Positions 1 to 13,645 are shown, numbered from the whole stretch's first letter. The stretch is 63,573 nt of DNA, filler included, from Intoshia linei (GCA_001642005.1; 10 parts of 10 records of this genome joined end to end with filler, not necessarily neighbours in it), one strand, 5' to 3'. A program made the numbers and translations. Notes: a model not told the origin generated them from the sequence alone.

Positions 1-3000
1 ATAAAAAATTGCATTTGTCGACTTTACATATAATATTATTAATATATTTGGTCAGATTATGATAGTTAACATTAAGAGGTTTCTAAATATTAGATAATTA
101 TTGGTGAATTAATAAACTAAAATTTCACCTTTATAATAACAATGATTCGTTTCAATTTTAAATTATTAAATTATTGTACATTAAATTTCAACACCAATAA
201 TAATTGTTTTCATGCTTAATCATTATTTTTTGAAGATAATAATGTATTTTCGTTTTTTTTCTAATTTTAATTAATTAAAACGCAGAAAATAATAATACAA
301 AAAAATTACACTCACCTGTCACGAATTTGCATCACATTTTACATATCGTCATACAATTTTTATAAAAATTAATCGATTAGAATAAACACAGTTCAATTTT
401 TTAGCTCAGCTTCTAGAGAGTTCATATTACTTTTCTTCATTAAAATCTATTTAAAACGTAAATAACTGAATTTCATAATGACACACTCAAATTTTTATAT
501 TTGACCAATACTACAAAAAATTCTTTTTATAGAAAAAACATTCTGAGAGGTTCAATTTTTCATTTTTTCACTTTAAATTTAGTATATGTCTTAATGGGTC
601 GTACGTTAATCGTATCCATGTTTAAAATAAAATTATTGGCACCAATTAAGAAAAAGGGGGAAGCGCGCGAAAACCTTAAAATTCAAAAAGGGTGGATGTT
701 TTTACATTCATGTTTTATAAAAAAATTTTTTATGGGATTTCAAGTATCCTCTTCAAGATAGGGGTGGAATTTTGTCGAATCGAAAATTTTGTCAAAAACG
801 AACAGCCCTAATATATATAATATAAAAAATGGAGTCTAAGATTCGATTCACTTCTTAATTTGAAGAAACAAAAACATTTTCATAGAAAATTGTACCAATA
901 CAATATTCTACATAACAAATTTATTTAGTAGTTGAAATCAGCGCTTCCAATCACCGGTCAGCTAAAAATATTTATCAACTATGATATTCTTCTGAAAAAA
1001 AATAAGAAACAACGATTTTCAACCGTTGAACACATATATTAAAATAATACATCATTGCGAATGTTGATTCAAAAAATCATAAATATTTAAATTGATAAAG
1101 TTTTGTCTTGGGACTACTTGATTATTAAAAAAAGTTAATACCCACTGGTCCATTAAAAACTATTCTGTTCATTCTTATTAAAATATTTCTTTTTATTAAA
1201 TTTTTTAAACAATTTTAATGAATCATGTGTGCAACAATTATCAAAATGAGTAACATTTTAATATATACACGGTTCATTAAATCTTTTTAACTTTGAAAGT
1301 TTTATGATTAAATTATTCCATTATTATGAAAAAATAAAATATCAAAAGTAACGTTGAAATTACTTTTTTCAGTAATTAAACATTAAATGATCTAAGTAAA
1401 ATATTTATGTACTGTTAAAAATATTTAGTGAGATACATACATGTAGCTACATGTATTTATAAAGTGTGGTAATACTAAGCAATACTAACTATTTTGCAAT
1501 AATATTTAATGTATAGGTTACAAAAAAAGATACATAATATTCAGTGTTTCAATTATTTCATAGAGATTATTCATTAATTTATATTATTCTAAATCATTTT
1601 ATATTATTATATTATTATATCATTTTATATTATTCATTAATAGAGGTAATATTCGATTTGTCTGGTAAATGAAACCTGAATTAAAATAGTATTAATCCAA
1701 ATCATTCTAAGGTACAAACCATATAAAATTTCATAAATTCACTAAATAAATCTATAAATTTTCAAAATAAAAATAACTGGGAGAACCAATATACCATTAT
1801 ATTCAATACATGGAATATTGTTAAATTCAGGAAACTCTATTTCGACGATATCCGTTATAAATTTACTGTAATTAACCCTATCCATGAATTAAAAATATTC
1901 AAACTCACGACCAAAACATCCGTTCATAAAAATTGATGAAACAAATTGTCATTTACGATTACACAGCAATAAAAATGGCGACAAAAAGACGAAAATTGAT
2001 TAAAACAGAAAAGTAAATGTCAAAGAGTGGTATTTAAAAATTAAAATAAATAAATAAAAAGAAACAAATATTTGTCAGTATACATAATGTAATGACAAGG
2101 ATTTATAACCTTTTTAAAATTAAAACTGTCAATTTGTAATAAACATGTTTCAGTTAAATTTGTTTTGTGTCTCATTTAATTTATTTGAGCGGAAATATGA
2201 CGTGTTTAGATGTGTTTATGAATCGAAACATAAAGTTGGTATTTATACAAAGTATAATCCATGAAAATGGGAATTGAAATGTTACACACATTAATTATCA
2301 CAGCAGGACAGGTCACTAATAATAAGAATTTGATTTTGGATATTAGCATATCAATATTTGGATACAAATACGAAAAAATATGTTCATTTAGTGTTTTCTA
2401 AACAGATTCTGTCCACTCATAATATTCACTATAATTAATGTTTCTTGTCACTTGTTTGCTATTATTAAAAATTAACTCGTTTATAATAAAGTCTTATTAA
2501 TATGTCAGTTTATTATATATACCATATTTAAAATTTTACAGTTTTATATGAGTAAGGAGTATATTATATTAATATAAATTATTCAATTAATTTTCGATAT
2601 TTATAAATGTAATTGACTAATTCAATTTTTAGCTATTAAATGATTAAATTATAAATCCATAAATTATTTTCAAAGTAATAGTACATTTTTATTTATTTTT
2701 ATAAAAGTTTTTCCGTTATTTTATTACCTTTTATTGATTGAATATTTTTCTAATTAAATTCAAATTTTATTGGTGATATTATCACTTTGAATTTGAAATG
2801 GTATAAACAGCTGGAATTATCCAAATTTATACACATCTGAAATGCAGAATTATTGTTATCCTTAGGTTATGAATTACATATCAAATATCATCTTAAATAT
2901 TAATACATTAATTAGTAATAAAGATTAGTTATATCTATGTATTAACTTAATTTAAATTTTAAACTTAGTCTAGGGAATATTTTTATAATCTACAATATTA

Positions 3001-3620
3001 ATTTTAATTCTTTAATTATAATTCTGCAATGTACATTGTTCAATGTAGAATATAGTTCCAAACCTTTTTATAACGGTATAAATTTACCAATTTGCAATAA
3101 ATCAAATATAAATTTGATTTTAAGAAACCAAAATTATATTATTTTGTAATACGTTTTAAGCAACAATAATAATAGGTGCACACATTTTTAGTTAATATAT
3201 ATATATATTTTTCTGATTAATGATACACCCAATTCTTTATTTTTTATTAATTAATATATTAATCCTCTCATTATTCTTATAAATTCTCAATACGCCGACA
3301 AAATACTTTAACGGGGAAGGTGTAGTATCCTAACGATACTATTAAATATAGTTATCATCATTCATCCTTATTATCAATTAAGACAACAAAATCTTATTAA
3401 AATATTTAATTTCAATTAAATCTTAATCCATAACTATCTTGGCCAAGGTTATTACAGTTATAAGTTATAACAATACATACATACATACAGTAGATACATT
3501 ACATAATAGACAAATAATTTTTTTATACAAAAAATAAATTTAAGGGATGAAATGAATACAAAAAACTAATCTGTAAAAACATTATTTTTAAAAAGTATCA
3601 ATAGCGAATCATAATAAAAT

Positions 3621-3872
3621 GTGGTAAAGGAAAATTTTATAGACAACATCCAGGGAATTACAAATCCACCTATTCGAAGATTGGCACTTAAAAGTGGCGT
3701 AAAGCTTCTGGAGAAAGAATCTGGTTGGATTTATGAAGAAATCAGAGGTCGCTTGAGAATATTTTTGGAAAATGCAATCAGAGATGTCGTCACTCATGCA
3801 GAGCACAGCAAACGAAACACTGTAACTTTAATGGATGTTGTATATGCTCTGAAAAAACATAAACTAAAATAA
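3621..3872 (+). CDS. Divergent histone H4-like protein (variant or pseudogene); start unresolved
   Basis: [72 protein letters not shown] aligns to the H4 histone fold. There is no in-frame ATG (TAA at 3615-3617), a possible acceptor ttttatag ending 3642, and no histone stem-loop downstream. Confidence 0.75.
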   Translation: MVKENFIDNIQGITNPPIRRLALKSGVKLLEKESGWIYEEIRGRLRIFLENAIRDVVTHAEHSKRNTVTLMDVVYALKKHKLK

Positions 3873-4298
3873 ATTTATTGCAGTACCATCCTTTTTATTA
3901 TATTCTTTTAACATTATATCAGAGGGAAGGCCGTGCAGACGTTAAAAAGATCTTAAAAAATATGCAATAACCAACGTGGTCTTATTTGGCAATAAACCGT
4001 AAAAAACACATTGACTACTGCCAAAATCATCTACAAGGCGAGCGTGTATAGGGGTAATTTGCAGTTATTGGTTTTGTATGTTCCATCCAAAAAAAATATT
4101 TGACCGAACTTGGGAAATAAATGAACTTGATAACGATTTGTAAATGTTAACATTTCAATGATTCCATTGTTTTGTTCTAGTTCATATATATAATGGTTAC
4201 TCTGCATCAATTTTTCAATTTCAACAAATGTATCATCTATTATAGTAATTTAAATGAATGAATTTAAATCTTACTTGAGTTATTGACAGTCGATTTCA

Positions 4299-4440
4299 TT
4301 CTAACTTATATAAAAGGCTACGCTATTTTTGTTTGTGTGTCTGTCTGTGTGTCTCACTTTATTGAAATAACTGGCACTCTTAGAATTTTTTTAAGACCAC
4401 ATTTTAATTAAAGTTTTTTCCGGGACGTATAATAAGATAA
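4299..4440 (+). mobile_element. Non-autonomous Helitron 5' end fragment
   Basis: TTCTAACTTATATAAAAGGCTACGCTATTTTTGTTTGTGTGTCTG matches the copies at 8218(-), 16180 and 18761. Confidence 0.6.
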
Positions 4441-5157
4441 ATTAATCATGCTTAAGATTGATTTATATAACGTAAAATTGTAGTTTTAATATTAAAAAAA
4501 GAGTTAAATATAATAATTGATTTTTTTAAATATTAACTAATGTCAATATTGTCAAATGTATTGATTTTTTCATTTATTTCTATAAATTGAATGTATTAAT
4601 CATGTTCATTTAAATTATGAATAATTAGTTTTTTTTATATTGTTAATATACATGTCAATAAAAACGCCCAATTTAGACTAAATTATATTATAATTTACTC
4701 CAAAACGATAGCTAAACTTTGAATAATTGTATAATAATTACAAATAAAATATTTTGATTTATTTTGCATAGTGAACACTGTATATTAGGGTGTCACAAGT
4801 ATACATGAATACTGTGCGTCTAGATTAAATTTGGTGTATTCATAAAAAAAATATTTCTACAATAATTATTTTAGGTTTTAAGAACAGTTGAATTCTATTG
4901 AAAATTATAATATTAACATTATTGTATTATTATTTTGCATAAAAATTAACTTTCGTAAAAACCACAATAATGAAGATATATTTTAATTTTAAAAAATAAA
5001 TTGTACACTCGAATATGGTAAACAAAAAATACAATATAATCATAGAAACATCCATTAAAGTAATAAAGTAGTATTACATTAAATTTAATAAATTAAAATT
5101 TAGTTTCAATTTTTTATTAATATTTTTAATAAAATTAATAATAATATACAGTAATAC

Positions 5158-5257
5158 NNNNNNNNNNNNNNNNNNNNNNNNNNNNNNNNNNNNNNNNNNN
5201 NTTAATTAATTAANNNNNNNNNNNNNNNNNNNNNNNNNNNNNNNNNNNNNNNNNNNN
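5158..5257. other. Artificial contig spacer
   Basis: 44 N + TTAATTAATTAA (stops in all six frames) + 44 N. Confidence 0.97.
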
Positions 5258-5541
5258 ATTTATCACCAAATAAACTAAAATTGATAGTACGTATTTTTTC
5301 TGGCCACTTTAGATAAAACAACACTCTGGAAAAACGGTTATAGAATATGGAATTTGTAAATTTTAAAAAACTACAAAGCCATTTTATACATTAATATAAA
5401 CAGATGTAACAATAAAAATTGCAATAAATTAAAATTACGCATGTGTCTTAGAAAACAAAATGATAATGGCTATAAAATAAAATATCAAATTTCATATAAA
5501 AAATTTTAAAATTAACTTTTGTAAATACAAAATATATTAAA

Positions 5542-8500
5542 ATGAACTGGAAAAAAATTGCGTTAATTTTAACATGTTTAAACATCACCTTAATATTTTA
5601 CTTGTACCACGAAAAATATAAAATAAAAAGTCTACACACACATGAATCAACAATGAAAAATGAAAGATATTATAAAAATGCCTATAAATTGATTATCAAA
5701 AGAATAGAAATTCTAGAAAAATTGGAATATAAACATTTATCTCGTTTACAAAACGTTCATTATCAATTGAATTCAAAACTCCGCCAATTACATTTATTTA
5801 AAAATTATTTCAAAGGAAATGTAACAATTTTAAATCAATTTAAAACTAAATTAAAATTTTCAAACCCACATGTATATTTTGGAAACAAATTAAATTGTTC
5901 ATTTGAGAACTACAAAATGTATATCCAAAATAGTAATATTATGCGTTTAAAAAATAGTAGTAAGGAATATACAATCTTTGAAAAATTAAAAAATTTTAAT
6001 TTCATTACTATCGGGAAAACTTTCACTAATAATTTCAATGAAAACGAAACAATACATGTAAAAAAAGAAGAAAAAATCAATTTACCGTCCAGTACAGTTT
6101 CACATTTGACATATTTTTTAAATACAACTTCAAATTTATTGCATGATTTGGAACGTATTTCACCCAAAATTATTTTTTCAACTGGAAAAAGGTGCATAAA
6201 TTTAATTTTAGGATTAAAGGAATTTAAACATGAGAATATTGATAATAAACAAAATTACTTGATTTTAAATTTAAACAGTAAACTCAATGCGGATGAATAT
6301 ATACAATTAAAATATTTGGAAAGTTTTAAAAATGAACAAGTCATTGTAGCTTCCCCAGTGTATCTGAAAAATGTAGACATTTTGATTGCCGTCGATAAAC
6401 TTGACGAGTATTACATTATATAAAATTTAAATAAATTTTAAATTAATTAATTGTACTTTTAGATACGGGACAAAAACTTTGGATGTGGATTTAACACAAT
6501 CTCGACCAATTCAAGTGTCATTTGGTATCCAGGTTTCAAGTAGAAATTTTGATGTATTGAAATTAATTGAATACATTAATAAATCAAAAGTAAATGTCCG
6601 AATTTATGAAACTACAAATTGTGTAGACGAATTTGTGTTGAAACATTCTGATTACGTTTTATTTCAATACACGAATTGTTGTGACAAGTGTTGGACTGAT
6701 TCAATTTTTAAGGCTTTACAATATACTGTGATACCCATTTTTTGCATTACTACAGTATCAAATTTTGATAAATTTTTACCTTTTAATCAACTCATTGATT
6801 GGTTAGAAATTAGTTTTATTGTTTATAGACACGATTTAATCAATTTTTTATCAAATTTATCTCAAATAAATTCTATAGACAAAAAAATTAAATTGAAAAA
6901 CGTTTTTTATAAACATTTTTCTTCTTTGCGAAATATTTTTTTAACTATCAATGCCATTATATCGAAACGACTTAATTTACCTTTACCTGTGGTGCATAGA
7001 CATGAAAGTTTTAATAAGGATATAAAGCAAAATTATTTTATCTATTATGATCAATTGTTTTATTATGATATTTACTCGAATCCATTCATATATTCTATAG
7101 GACAATATTCTCATTACGGTAATTTTTTTATAATTTAAATACGTAAATATCAGTGCTATGGTTAGATCTTAGTGAGGCCGGTAATTTTGATTTTTTTATC
7201 ATTTACTCATCCTTTACTAATTTCACTGATTTATACATTTATGTATTTTAGTTAATTGTAAAATTGAACCATGTACAGAATAAAAAGAATTGCTAAATTT
7301 AGATTTTTAAATGCCCTATTTGATCAAATTAATTACTCTACCAAGGGTTCGATTTACCAATTAATTTAAATACAAAAATTTGTGGTAATTTTCACAAAAT
7401 CTGGTGATTACTCTATTATTCAGGGAACATTGATCAATGTACTATATTTTCTGTTTGTGAGATTTTAATTTTGATTTCTATATTGTTTTATTTTTGAATT
7501 ATTTTCTATATTTTATTTTGTTTAGTTTTGTGTACATTTAGAGATTAGAAACGATGCTATTGCTAAACTATATTATAAATATTACAACTTCAGTGAAAAA
7601 TTGACTGGTATTTAAATTTTAAATAATCCTTTACTTATACACGTATAATTATACGTTAATATTATAATATTAACTATACATTAATTATGCTACTAAATTA
7701 CATTTTCATATATCTACTGCAGTGTTTCTCAACCTTTTTTACTGCGCGAACCCTTATGAAATTTCAAAAAATCACGGCACCTAAAAGCATGATCAAAAAT
7801 TTTTTTCGTATATCGCGTATATAAAAAAATTTGATTTTTAATGAAGAAATTTATTTTTCCTTCTTAATGAGAAATTTGGGCCTGATATTTTTTACAGAGT
7901 TCAGGAATTTGTGGTTTTGGTCCTGAAGATATAATTTTTTTAAATTTAAATTTATAATAATGTTTATGATTTTAAAATCCGCATCAGCGTATATATTTTT
8001 TTAAATTCTCTAACTCGTTTGATTTTCAAAAAGAGGGACAACTGGGGTTTTTGAGATGTGAAATTGGGAGGTTGGAATTTATTTTAATATACGTCCCGGA
8101 AAAAACTGTAATTGAAATGTGGTCTTTAAAAAATTCTAAAACGGGTAGTTATTTAAATAAAGCTGAACACACACAGACACACAAATAAAAATCGCGTAGC
8201 ATATTATATAAGTTAGGATTAATCCATTTTATGACTTGTTTTGATCAAAATAAATACTGAATATATTAAAATGCAGAATTAAATTATAGGAAATAAGACA
8301 AACTGGCTTAGAATAAATATTTTTAAATTTTAAAAAAGATAATTTAAAAAAAACACAAAAAGTATTTTAATTAAGTTGACGGATCGTATTTATCTTAATG
8401 AAAAAAGCATATTAAAATATGATTTATGGTTTTATTAATTTAGAAACTTTTCAATTTATATTTTTTAAATTGAAAAATATCGCATATTTATTTCACGGAA

Positions 8501-10635
8501 CCCCAATTAAATTTCGCAGAACAGGGGTTGAGAACCAGTGATCTATTGAGTTAAAAAATTTTCGCAAAAATTAAGAAACAGATGAGTCTATAATGTAAAA
8601 TAAAATATTTACCAACAAAAAATTAAATTTTAAAAATTTTATGAAAATTTAAAAATGTTTTATATTCAACCATTTTTTTAAAATAATTGCAGTTAGTTAG
8701 ATTAGATAGTTAAATTGCAAAATTGTGCCCTAATATTCGAAACACTTTTTTAGAATCACCAATAATTACGATACTGAAAAATACTTTTCGATCTTTTAAA
8801 AAAAGTGTCTTGTTGGGCACTCTAATACTGTGGTTCTTAACCTTTTTTGAACTATGCACCCAAATATTGATCTTCATGACTGTGCACCCCTGATTAAATA
8901 TTAATTATAAATGAAGTATTAACTAGTTACATAATAATAATAATTATATACGAATAAAATTTAAGAATTAACGCTGCTTTGGTCATACTCATGGCCGTGG
9001 AGAGCGAGCAGTAGACCCGGGCTAGATGGAAATTATAGTTTTAGTTTGTACTTTAACATTTAGTGATATTACTTTTTTATCAACAGGACAATATATTGGA
9101 AAATTTACTTGTATCAATAAAAGACTGTCTAGTTATTGAAAAAATAATTATAGTTTATAATAATATCGACAAAATCATCGACAAGAAAAAATTCCAAAAA
9201 ATATCCCCTAAAATTCACGTAAATATACTACTGTTTTACTAAAATATTATAAGAGTAAATGTTTACACTATTGGGTGTTTTAAAATTCACCGTATGAATT
9301 TTATATGCTTTATGAATTATGAGTAAAATTCATGTCTTAATGTTTGGGAACAACTGGTATCTCTACAGTAAACTCTCGAAAAGTTACCACTTTTTTATGC
9401 AACTGGTCATTTTTTCCAATGCTTAAAATTACTATACTTACGTTATTAAGTATACTAATAACACTATATTTAACAATAAAAAATGGAAGTTTTATTTATT
9501 TACATTTTTCCATTCCCCACCCAGCTAAAAATCGCCCCTCTAGGGACGATATATCCCAATTTGGGAACTCCATGTCTACTGTATTAAAATATGAAAATAA
9601 TGTTTATTTCATAAATATTTTTCTCATTTTCAAACATCAAATTATTAACCCGCAAGCAAGTATTTATGGTGCCGACTCAAATTCAACCATTTTTACTAAA
9701 AACTCAGTCTTACCAACCCTAAAATGGAAAAATTAGTTTTACCAAACTTTTAGGGAAAATTCCAACTTTATCAACTTTTAAATTAAGGGACTTCAGTGAA
9801 AAAATCAATTTTACTAACTCTTTAGGGAAAATTCCACTTTTACTAACCCTAAAAAGAAAAATGCAGTTAAGGTTTTAACTTTTTAGTGTTGGTAAAACCG
9901 GATTATTTGTTTTAGGGTTGTAAAAGTGTATTAATCTCTTAAGGGTTGGTAAAAGTAGATTTTTCTCTTTAGGGTAGTAACAGTGGAATTTTTCATAAAA
10001 GTTTGGTAAAAGTGGATTTTTAGTAAAAATGATTGGGTTTAAAAATATTCTAAATATTTATGAAGCATAATAATAATTGACTCATTAAAATAAAATTAAT
10101 TGTAATATATTTAGATTGTAGAATCGAAGAAAAATTCACTCAATAATAGATTTATACCATTTCATCTTATACACACAGATTGTATACTTTCATTAGATTA
10201 TGATATTTCCATTACACATGACAATATTTACGAAACATATTGGTAAATTATATTAATTAGAATTATTGCGTGTTTCTAATGATGAATAGGTTGTGGGTTG
10301 AAAATCGCGATAGAATTATTGGATTGGTAAGTAGGGATATTTACTATGATCATAATACTCGTATTTGGAAATATGATTCTGGTTTATCTTGCAGATATAG
10401 CATGGTTTTGACTGGAGCAGCAATGTTTCATTTGGTAATATTTTACTAAGAAATGGAAGCATTTTAACAATTCGACATTATTGTGGTTTTATTAATATCA
10501 TTTTAGTATTATTCTTTTTATTATACATATGAATTGGACATTCGAATTAAAAATCATATCGACAAATTCATGAATTGTGAAGATATTGCTTTCAATTTTA
10601 TGGTTGCTCATATCACTCGAAAATCTCCCATTAAG
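5542..10635 (+). CDS. EXTL3: Exostosin-like glycosyltransferase (EXTL3-type), multi-exon; last exon unresolved
   Basis: N-terminal TM anchor plus coiled coil (exon 5542-6407) and exon 6463-7118. GT64 exons: 10115-10242 (KNSLNNRFIPFHLIHTDCILSLDYD), 10290-10434 (WVENRDRIIG...SCRYSMVLTGAAMFH) and 10507-10635 (MNCEDIAFNFMVAHITRKSPIK). Exons near 7166-7400 are not resolved. Confidence 0.85.
7720..8540. mobile_element. hAT (Buster-type) MITE carrying a nested Helitron fragment
   Basis: TIRs CAGTGTTTCTCAACC / GGTTGAGAACCAGTG; 8-bp TSD atctactg / atctattg with central TA. Confidence 0.8.
7900..8218 (-). mobile_element. Helitron 5' part (reverse orientation)
   Basis: Reverse complement begins TCCTAACTTATATAATATGCTACGCGAT and is colinear with 16180-16490 and 18761-19035. 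Confidence 0.7.
9685..10030. repeat. Foldback-like element: arrays of ~30-bp imperfect units in inverted orientation
   Basis: Left half repeats ttttactaaccctaaa...aaaattccac; right half repeats the complement ttggtaaaagtggattt. Confidence 0.6.
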
Positions 10636-11109
10636 GTAATTTTTTTAATTGTATTTCTGGTTAAACGAGCATGTCAAATTCAAACAATTTGAATATTTTT
10701 TATTTTACATTCCGCAGTGTTTAAGTTATAATGTTCTATCTGCATTTTTGTCAAAAATGAGGTTTTTGATGAAAAATGTTTTATATCTTTTACATTTTTA
10801 TCAAAAAAATTAAGCTTAAAAACGTATTATTTTATGATATAACGAACATTTACTGGTTCAATTACTAAATCTAAACTTGATAATTACTTACAAAATTATC
10901 AAATTCCTATTAAAAATAACCTCAGATTCTAAAAATAAAGATATTAAAAGTATGTTAATCAAAATGGACAATGAGTAAAGAATTTTATAATTTAAACATA
11001 AATTGATAAAAATTAATTTTGATGATAAAAATGTTAAATGTTAACAGTTTCTATAGAATAATGTTCTATTTGCAATTTTTTCAAATCAAATAGACAGATA
11101 GTTCCATTA

Positions 11110-11830
11110 CTGAAATTTAAGATCTGAAAAACTCTTATGTTTTTATTTTTATTATACGAAACTTTTCATTATACTTTAACAGATTGTAAAGTCTTGAAGA
11201 ATATTATAAATATTTATAAGTCTTTGTAATCTTTCAAGGACGTTTAGAATAGTAAATGAAAAATTATGTCAAACATAACTTTGTTATACAAATGTTAGTA
11301 TACAACGTTACACCTCCATTCCAGTATGTGTGATGAGAGAAAAGAGGAAAAAAAATTAGAGTGAGATATATATAGATATGTGATTCATAATATTGTAATA
11401 GTTGAAGATTAATCAGTTGATGAATCATATTTATCGTTTTTTTTAGATATGAGGGTGTTATAATTTTACGAGGTGGCCGTCCTGAATTAGTAGGAGTTTG
11501 ATTAGTAATATCAGAATTCATAGTTAGTGGTGTATAATAAGATCCATTATTCATATAGCAATGTAATAGGTGACCCATTTGATGCTCTCTACGACGTTCA
11601 CATTCCTCCCTAATGGTTAAATACTCCATCCATTCTCTATGGGTGGCTGATGATATGTCGACTACTGCCAAACCATCGTACATTCCGTTATAATTTGGAA
11701 TGTCTTTAGTTGGCAATTGTATGTTATCCTCAATTAACGAATCTTGAACATTGAATTGATCAGATTGTAGTGGAGAATTGTCTTTAGTTGGCAATGTTGG
11801 CAAGTGATTTTTTGACTGCTAAGGCTTCAA
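11110..11830 (-). mobile_element. Probable LTR-retrotransposon 3' remnant (pol C-terminal tail, PPT, 3' LTR)
   Basis: ORF contains SGRPPRKIITPSYL (integrase-tail-like). Purine tract GGAATGGAGG is directly followed by TGTAACG at 11312, with AATAAA further in. The far LTR end is uncertain. Confidence 0.5.
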
Positions 11831-13645
11831 TTTGTGAAATTGCATTTTTTGTAGGTTAACATGAAAATAACTATTAGCTGTGATTTTTTTAATTCTAGGA
11901 CCTTTTATTTTTTAATTAAACGGTAACACAGACACACATTCAATTTTATGTGAGTTGGTAATACCAACTTGGTATTCTTAAAAATCTACGCCTATTACTT
12001 TCTTGACAAGTGAATAAATGGTAACAGACAGAAGACATACATTTTTAGCTAAATTGTCGTTATATAAAATTGAATGTGTGTGTCACCGTTTATTTAAAAA
12101 AGTTTTTAATTTTCTCAAAAGTTGTATCGTTTTATTTTTTTGTATATTATACACCTCATATCTTCCAGTCATTATAGCTTCCTTGAGAGTTTTCATATGT
12201 TGCTTTTTTGAAAGGAAATCAAAATAAAAATTTTGTTAAAAATACAGGTTAAAAAAAATTACTAACTAATTCACAAATATGTTGAATCTAAAAATGTGCA
12301 TTGTAAAATACAAATGTCGAAAAATTGATAAACTCTGTTAATTTTATAGGTCAATATAAATAAATTGATCATAATCTATGGTTATTTTTACATTTCTAAT
12401 ATTTTCGTTAAAATTTAATAATACAGTAATACCTCACTATAACGAATCAATTCGTTCCGACATCTTATTCGTTTAGCGGGAGTTTAATTTATATTGACAC
12501 AATGTAAAAACAATGTAAATTTTCGCCCATTTTTCTATTTTTTTGTGTTTTTTAATTTGTTCGTTAAGCGAGGTATTACTGTACTAAATTTAGATGCTAT
12601 AATTATAATTATATTCAAAATACTATTAGAGCACAACACGTCGACATTTCTCATGTTACAACTGCACAAACTCATTATCAAACCGAAAAAATCATTACAA
12701 AGAAAGAACAGAATGCATAAATTATTTTTACAAAATTTATGGATACATTCCGCTTGTAAAAAAACAATCTGACTGCAAATAAAAATTTCATTTAATTTAA
12801 AAACTTTATTCTGAGTCAAAAATGTAATAAATTACCGATTATTTTAAAAACACAAATTTCAACGGTTTTTCAAGGTTATCAGATACGGACCTGCAATGCT
12901 TGAGCCCAAACCCCCAATAATCAAGACTATCCCTAACAATTTATAAGTTTGACAGACAGTTTTAATATTAATTGATTAATATAATCATTTTAAATGCTGA
13001 TATAGACATGGCGTGATGTTCTCGAGATTATCAGGTGCATAATGTACATTGAATCAATTATAACGAGGAATAATTAACAATTTTTCAAATATTCGATAAT
13101 TTAAGTTCACATTCATGTTGATTATACGCAATGTGTAACTAAAATTAATTTGAGATTATAAAATGATAAATGTTAATAAAAATTGAATAGACATAACCAA
13201 ATAAATCCTACTTAACCTGGCAGAATCAGAAAATAAGAACAATTGATTAGGATTATGATTAGTGTAACGTTACCGTACACGCCATAAAATAAAATTTAAA
13301 AATAATCAATCATATTGACTCAATTAAATGAAAATGACAAAAAAATGAAATTGAAAAAATTGAAATAACTAAAATTAGGAACGTAAAATTAAAAAGATAA
13401 TGTACAATTAACAAGTAGTTCATAGTATTTGAAATCAATAATAAAACTACATGAATTAAAATAAAAACAATAGATTTAGTGTATCACCAACCAAATAAAA
13501 ATTTAAAATTGAGAATAATCACTTACAAACGAGATCACTGCAACCTTTATTCGTAATTAGAAAAATAAAGTTTCCAACAGAAAACACATTTTTCTTGTAT
13601 GTTTGCTGTAGTATTTATTTAATTTATTTTGCAGTTTGGCTCATC

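Noticed and set aside
501-761. Short ORF-track calls such as 501-761, 9344-9736, 12494-12772, 15464-15691, 30500-30763, 41139-41354 and 54064-54282
   Set aside because: They show F/I/K/L/N-biased translations typical of AT-rich noncoding or MITE DNA, often start at TTG/GTG, and contain no motifs.
5202-5213. Recurring TTAATTAATTAA palindrome as a biological repeat or CRISPR-like array
   Set aside because: It is always centred in 88 Ns, so it is a synthetic linker.
9840-9860. taaccctaa telomere-like words
   Set aside because: They are isolated units within the foldback repeat, not a tandem telomeric array.
13208-13223. ctacttaacctggcag resembles the U1 snRNA 5' end
   Set aside because: It has an extra base in the splice-site-pairing region, and no stem-loops or Sm site follow.
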